From Felis catus (taxonomy: Eukaryota), in the NCBI RefSeq assembly GCF_018350175.1, contig NC_058368.1, forward strand, positions 77,378,001 to 77,442,000: 64,000 nucleotides of DNA, in the 5' to 3' direction. The position numbers were made by a program, and so were the translations under genes. Each line of letters opens with the position of its first letter. The first letter of the stretch is position 1. The notes under the pieces were generated by a model that ran no database searches, was not told the origin of the DNA, and worked only from the letters and a program-made list of their open reading frames with translations. Of the stretch, positions 61,971 through 64,000 are shown one piece after another.

Positions 61971-64000
61971 CATCATATGATTTAAAAAAGAAATGTACCC
62001 CCTTCCTCCACATCTTGTTCTGATTCGAACTTGCTTGCCACTTCAGGATGGGTTCCCAGTCCTCTCCGGAGAGTTTAGTCAACAGGGGTGTGTGCTTCCT
62101 GGACGATACAGTGCTGTCTCCTCAGATGATGAGCACTGAGCATACTGGGGACTTTGTGACAGGAGTACAGATAATATTGTGCCTGAACTTCATCCTGCTC
62201 CCTCTAATGGCACAAGAAATAAATTTTCACTCTACACTCACCTTTGAGAAAAGCTTGAGGGAGAAATAGATTGATTGGCCAAGTTCACAAGGAAAAGAAG
62301 GAAGAATCTGGTGTTGATCTGTTTCTGTGAATGAGATCGCATGCAGATTTGATACATTAAATAAAAATTCTGCAGGATTTGACTGTGGTTTGTCATTGCA
62401 CGGGGTTATAAAGTTCAAGATGGATTACTCTTAAAAGAAAGAATTGCTGAAGGTATTTTCTCTAGTCTTCGATCTTTCAAAATATATCTGCCCTTTTGAA
62501 GGAGTAATGTTAGTATAGTTATAGTTCTAGTTAGTGTATAGTTTGCAAATTATTCAGAAACATACAAAATCAGCGGTGTCGTGAGGTGTTGGGGGCATTG
62601 TCAGAGGGCTAGGCTCTTGTTCAGATGCTACTTCTCTTTAAAAGTATAAAAATGAAAATTTCTCAATAGCTTAAAAAATGTATGCAATAAAATTGGATGG
62701 CTAGGGAGGCTAAATTTCCATTTCAGTTGGAGCGTATTTTTTCCAAAATCAAATGTTGAAAGTAAATTTTCTGTATTTTATTATAACATATGTAAATCCA
62801 AATGTCTAACCTTGAAAAAGTCAAAGTCGTCGTTTGCAAATGCCTTCTTATAAGGGTATTATATTAGTGCTTTTCACATGCTTTGACAGTTCACCTAACT
62901 CATTTTGAAAACAATACTTCTTTGTGAGGCATTGTAATAAATTAGAGCACCAAAGTTCTCATTAGAAAATTAAAGGGTCTTGGTTGCACAACCAAAGTTA
63001 TTCTAATTATAAAGTATTTAATGTATTTCACATCTTTTAATTTCATGTTTTTCTGATAAGATCATTTAATTCTCTTTTCAATTCTAAGAATCATAGGACC
63101 GTCCACGTGGTTCAACAATGCCATTGACAGAGATTGAGATAGCTCGTTTCAAAATCCTGAAGTTGAGCGACAGAGACAGGCAAAGACAGAGACAAAGACA
63201 GAGAGGAGAGAGAGCAGTAGAAATTAGGAAGGAGCAAGAAAAGGGGAAAGAGGTCAGAATCAAAGCAAGTAATTAAATCTACTTGTAACAAACTTGTAAC
63301 AATATAAAGACTTTGATATATATTGGGCCTAACAGATGCGTAAAGAGTTTAATTTCAAATGTCTTACTGAACATAAGTATGAAATTTGAAGAGATTCAGA
63401 AAGCTATGGAAAGACATTTTCTGAAAAACCACATAAATTAAAAAAAAATCTTACATTGTTTTAAGGGGAAAGAAAAACTACACTAAAAAGAAAACTACGA
63501 AATTTTAGACTCTATGGTAAAAATACCTGAGAACACTTAAAATATATTTTATTATTTATTCATCATACTGTATGTTTTGTGAATCCAAATCTTTATGTCA
63601 TTGTATTGCGTTTTAGAAGAAGGAGAATCGCGTTAAATCAAAATGCTTTGGCTCAACCAATGCAGCAAATGTTTTCCAAGATTTTCATCAAAATTGAATC
63701 ATTACTTAAAGGCTTAGAAGCAAATTTTGTTGCTGTTATATTTCATTTACTGATAACTTTTGTGTGCCCTTTGAATTGAGGGGAAGGAAAAAATACATAG
63801 ACATGTTATTTCTGGTGTTATAATGACATTCTAGGCAATTGCCTCAGCAGGAGCCAAGGTTACATGGCCACATCATCACACGGTTTATCTGGAGACATTA
63901 TGACAGAGGATGTTGACCTTGGAAGCAAGATTGCAGCTAGACAGACCAAGTCATTTAGGTCACCTTCAATCCATGGCGGTGGTTCCCTGGTCTTTTCCAC

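Overview
Mammalian genomic DNA, almost certainly from a felid (cat family): about 27 tRNA-derived Can-SINEs are present, several of the young feline SINEC_Fc type. I could not recognise any intact protein-coding exon, rRNA, tRNA or snRNA gene, and the supplied ORFs look like chance ORFs or SINE/LTR translations, so the window reads as intergenic or deep intronic. The only gene-derived feature I can identify is a decayed processed RPL29 pseudogene (about 10.44-11.0 kb). The rest is a layered transposon record: L2 and MIR, L1, MaLR/ERVL solo LTRs, hAT-Charlie elements (Charlie1, MER5A, MER20, MER58) and Tigger elements. Between these are repeat-free, motif-rich blocks that may be enhancers. The best lead is a compact CRE / TATA / 5' splice donor arrangement at about 33.6-33.8 kb that could be an unannotated first exon. 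Next are a near-consensus CTCF motif inside an old LTR and two very young SINEs that may be insertion polymorphisms. I see no convincing evidence of a novel biological system. Repeat family names come from recalled consensus sequences rather than a search, and boundaries without target-site duplications (TSDs) are approximate.
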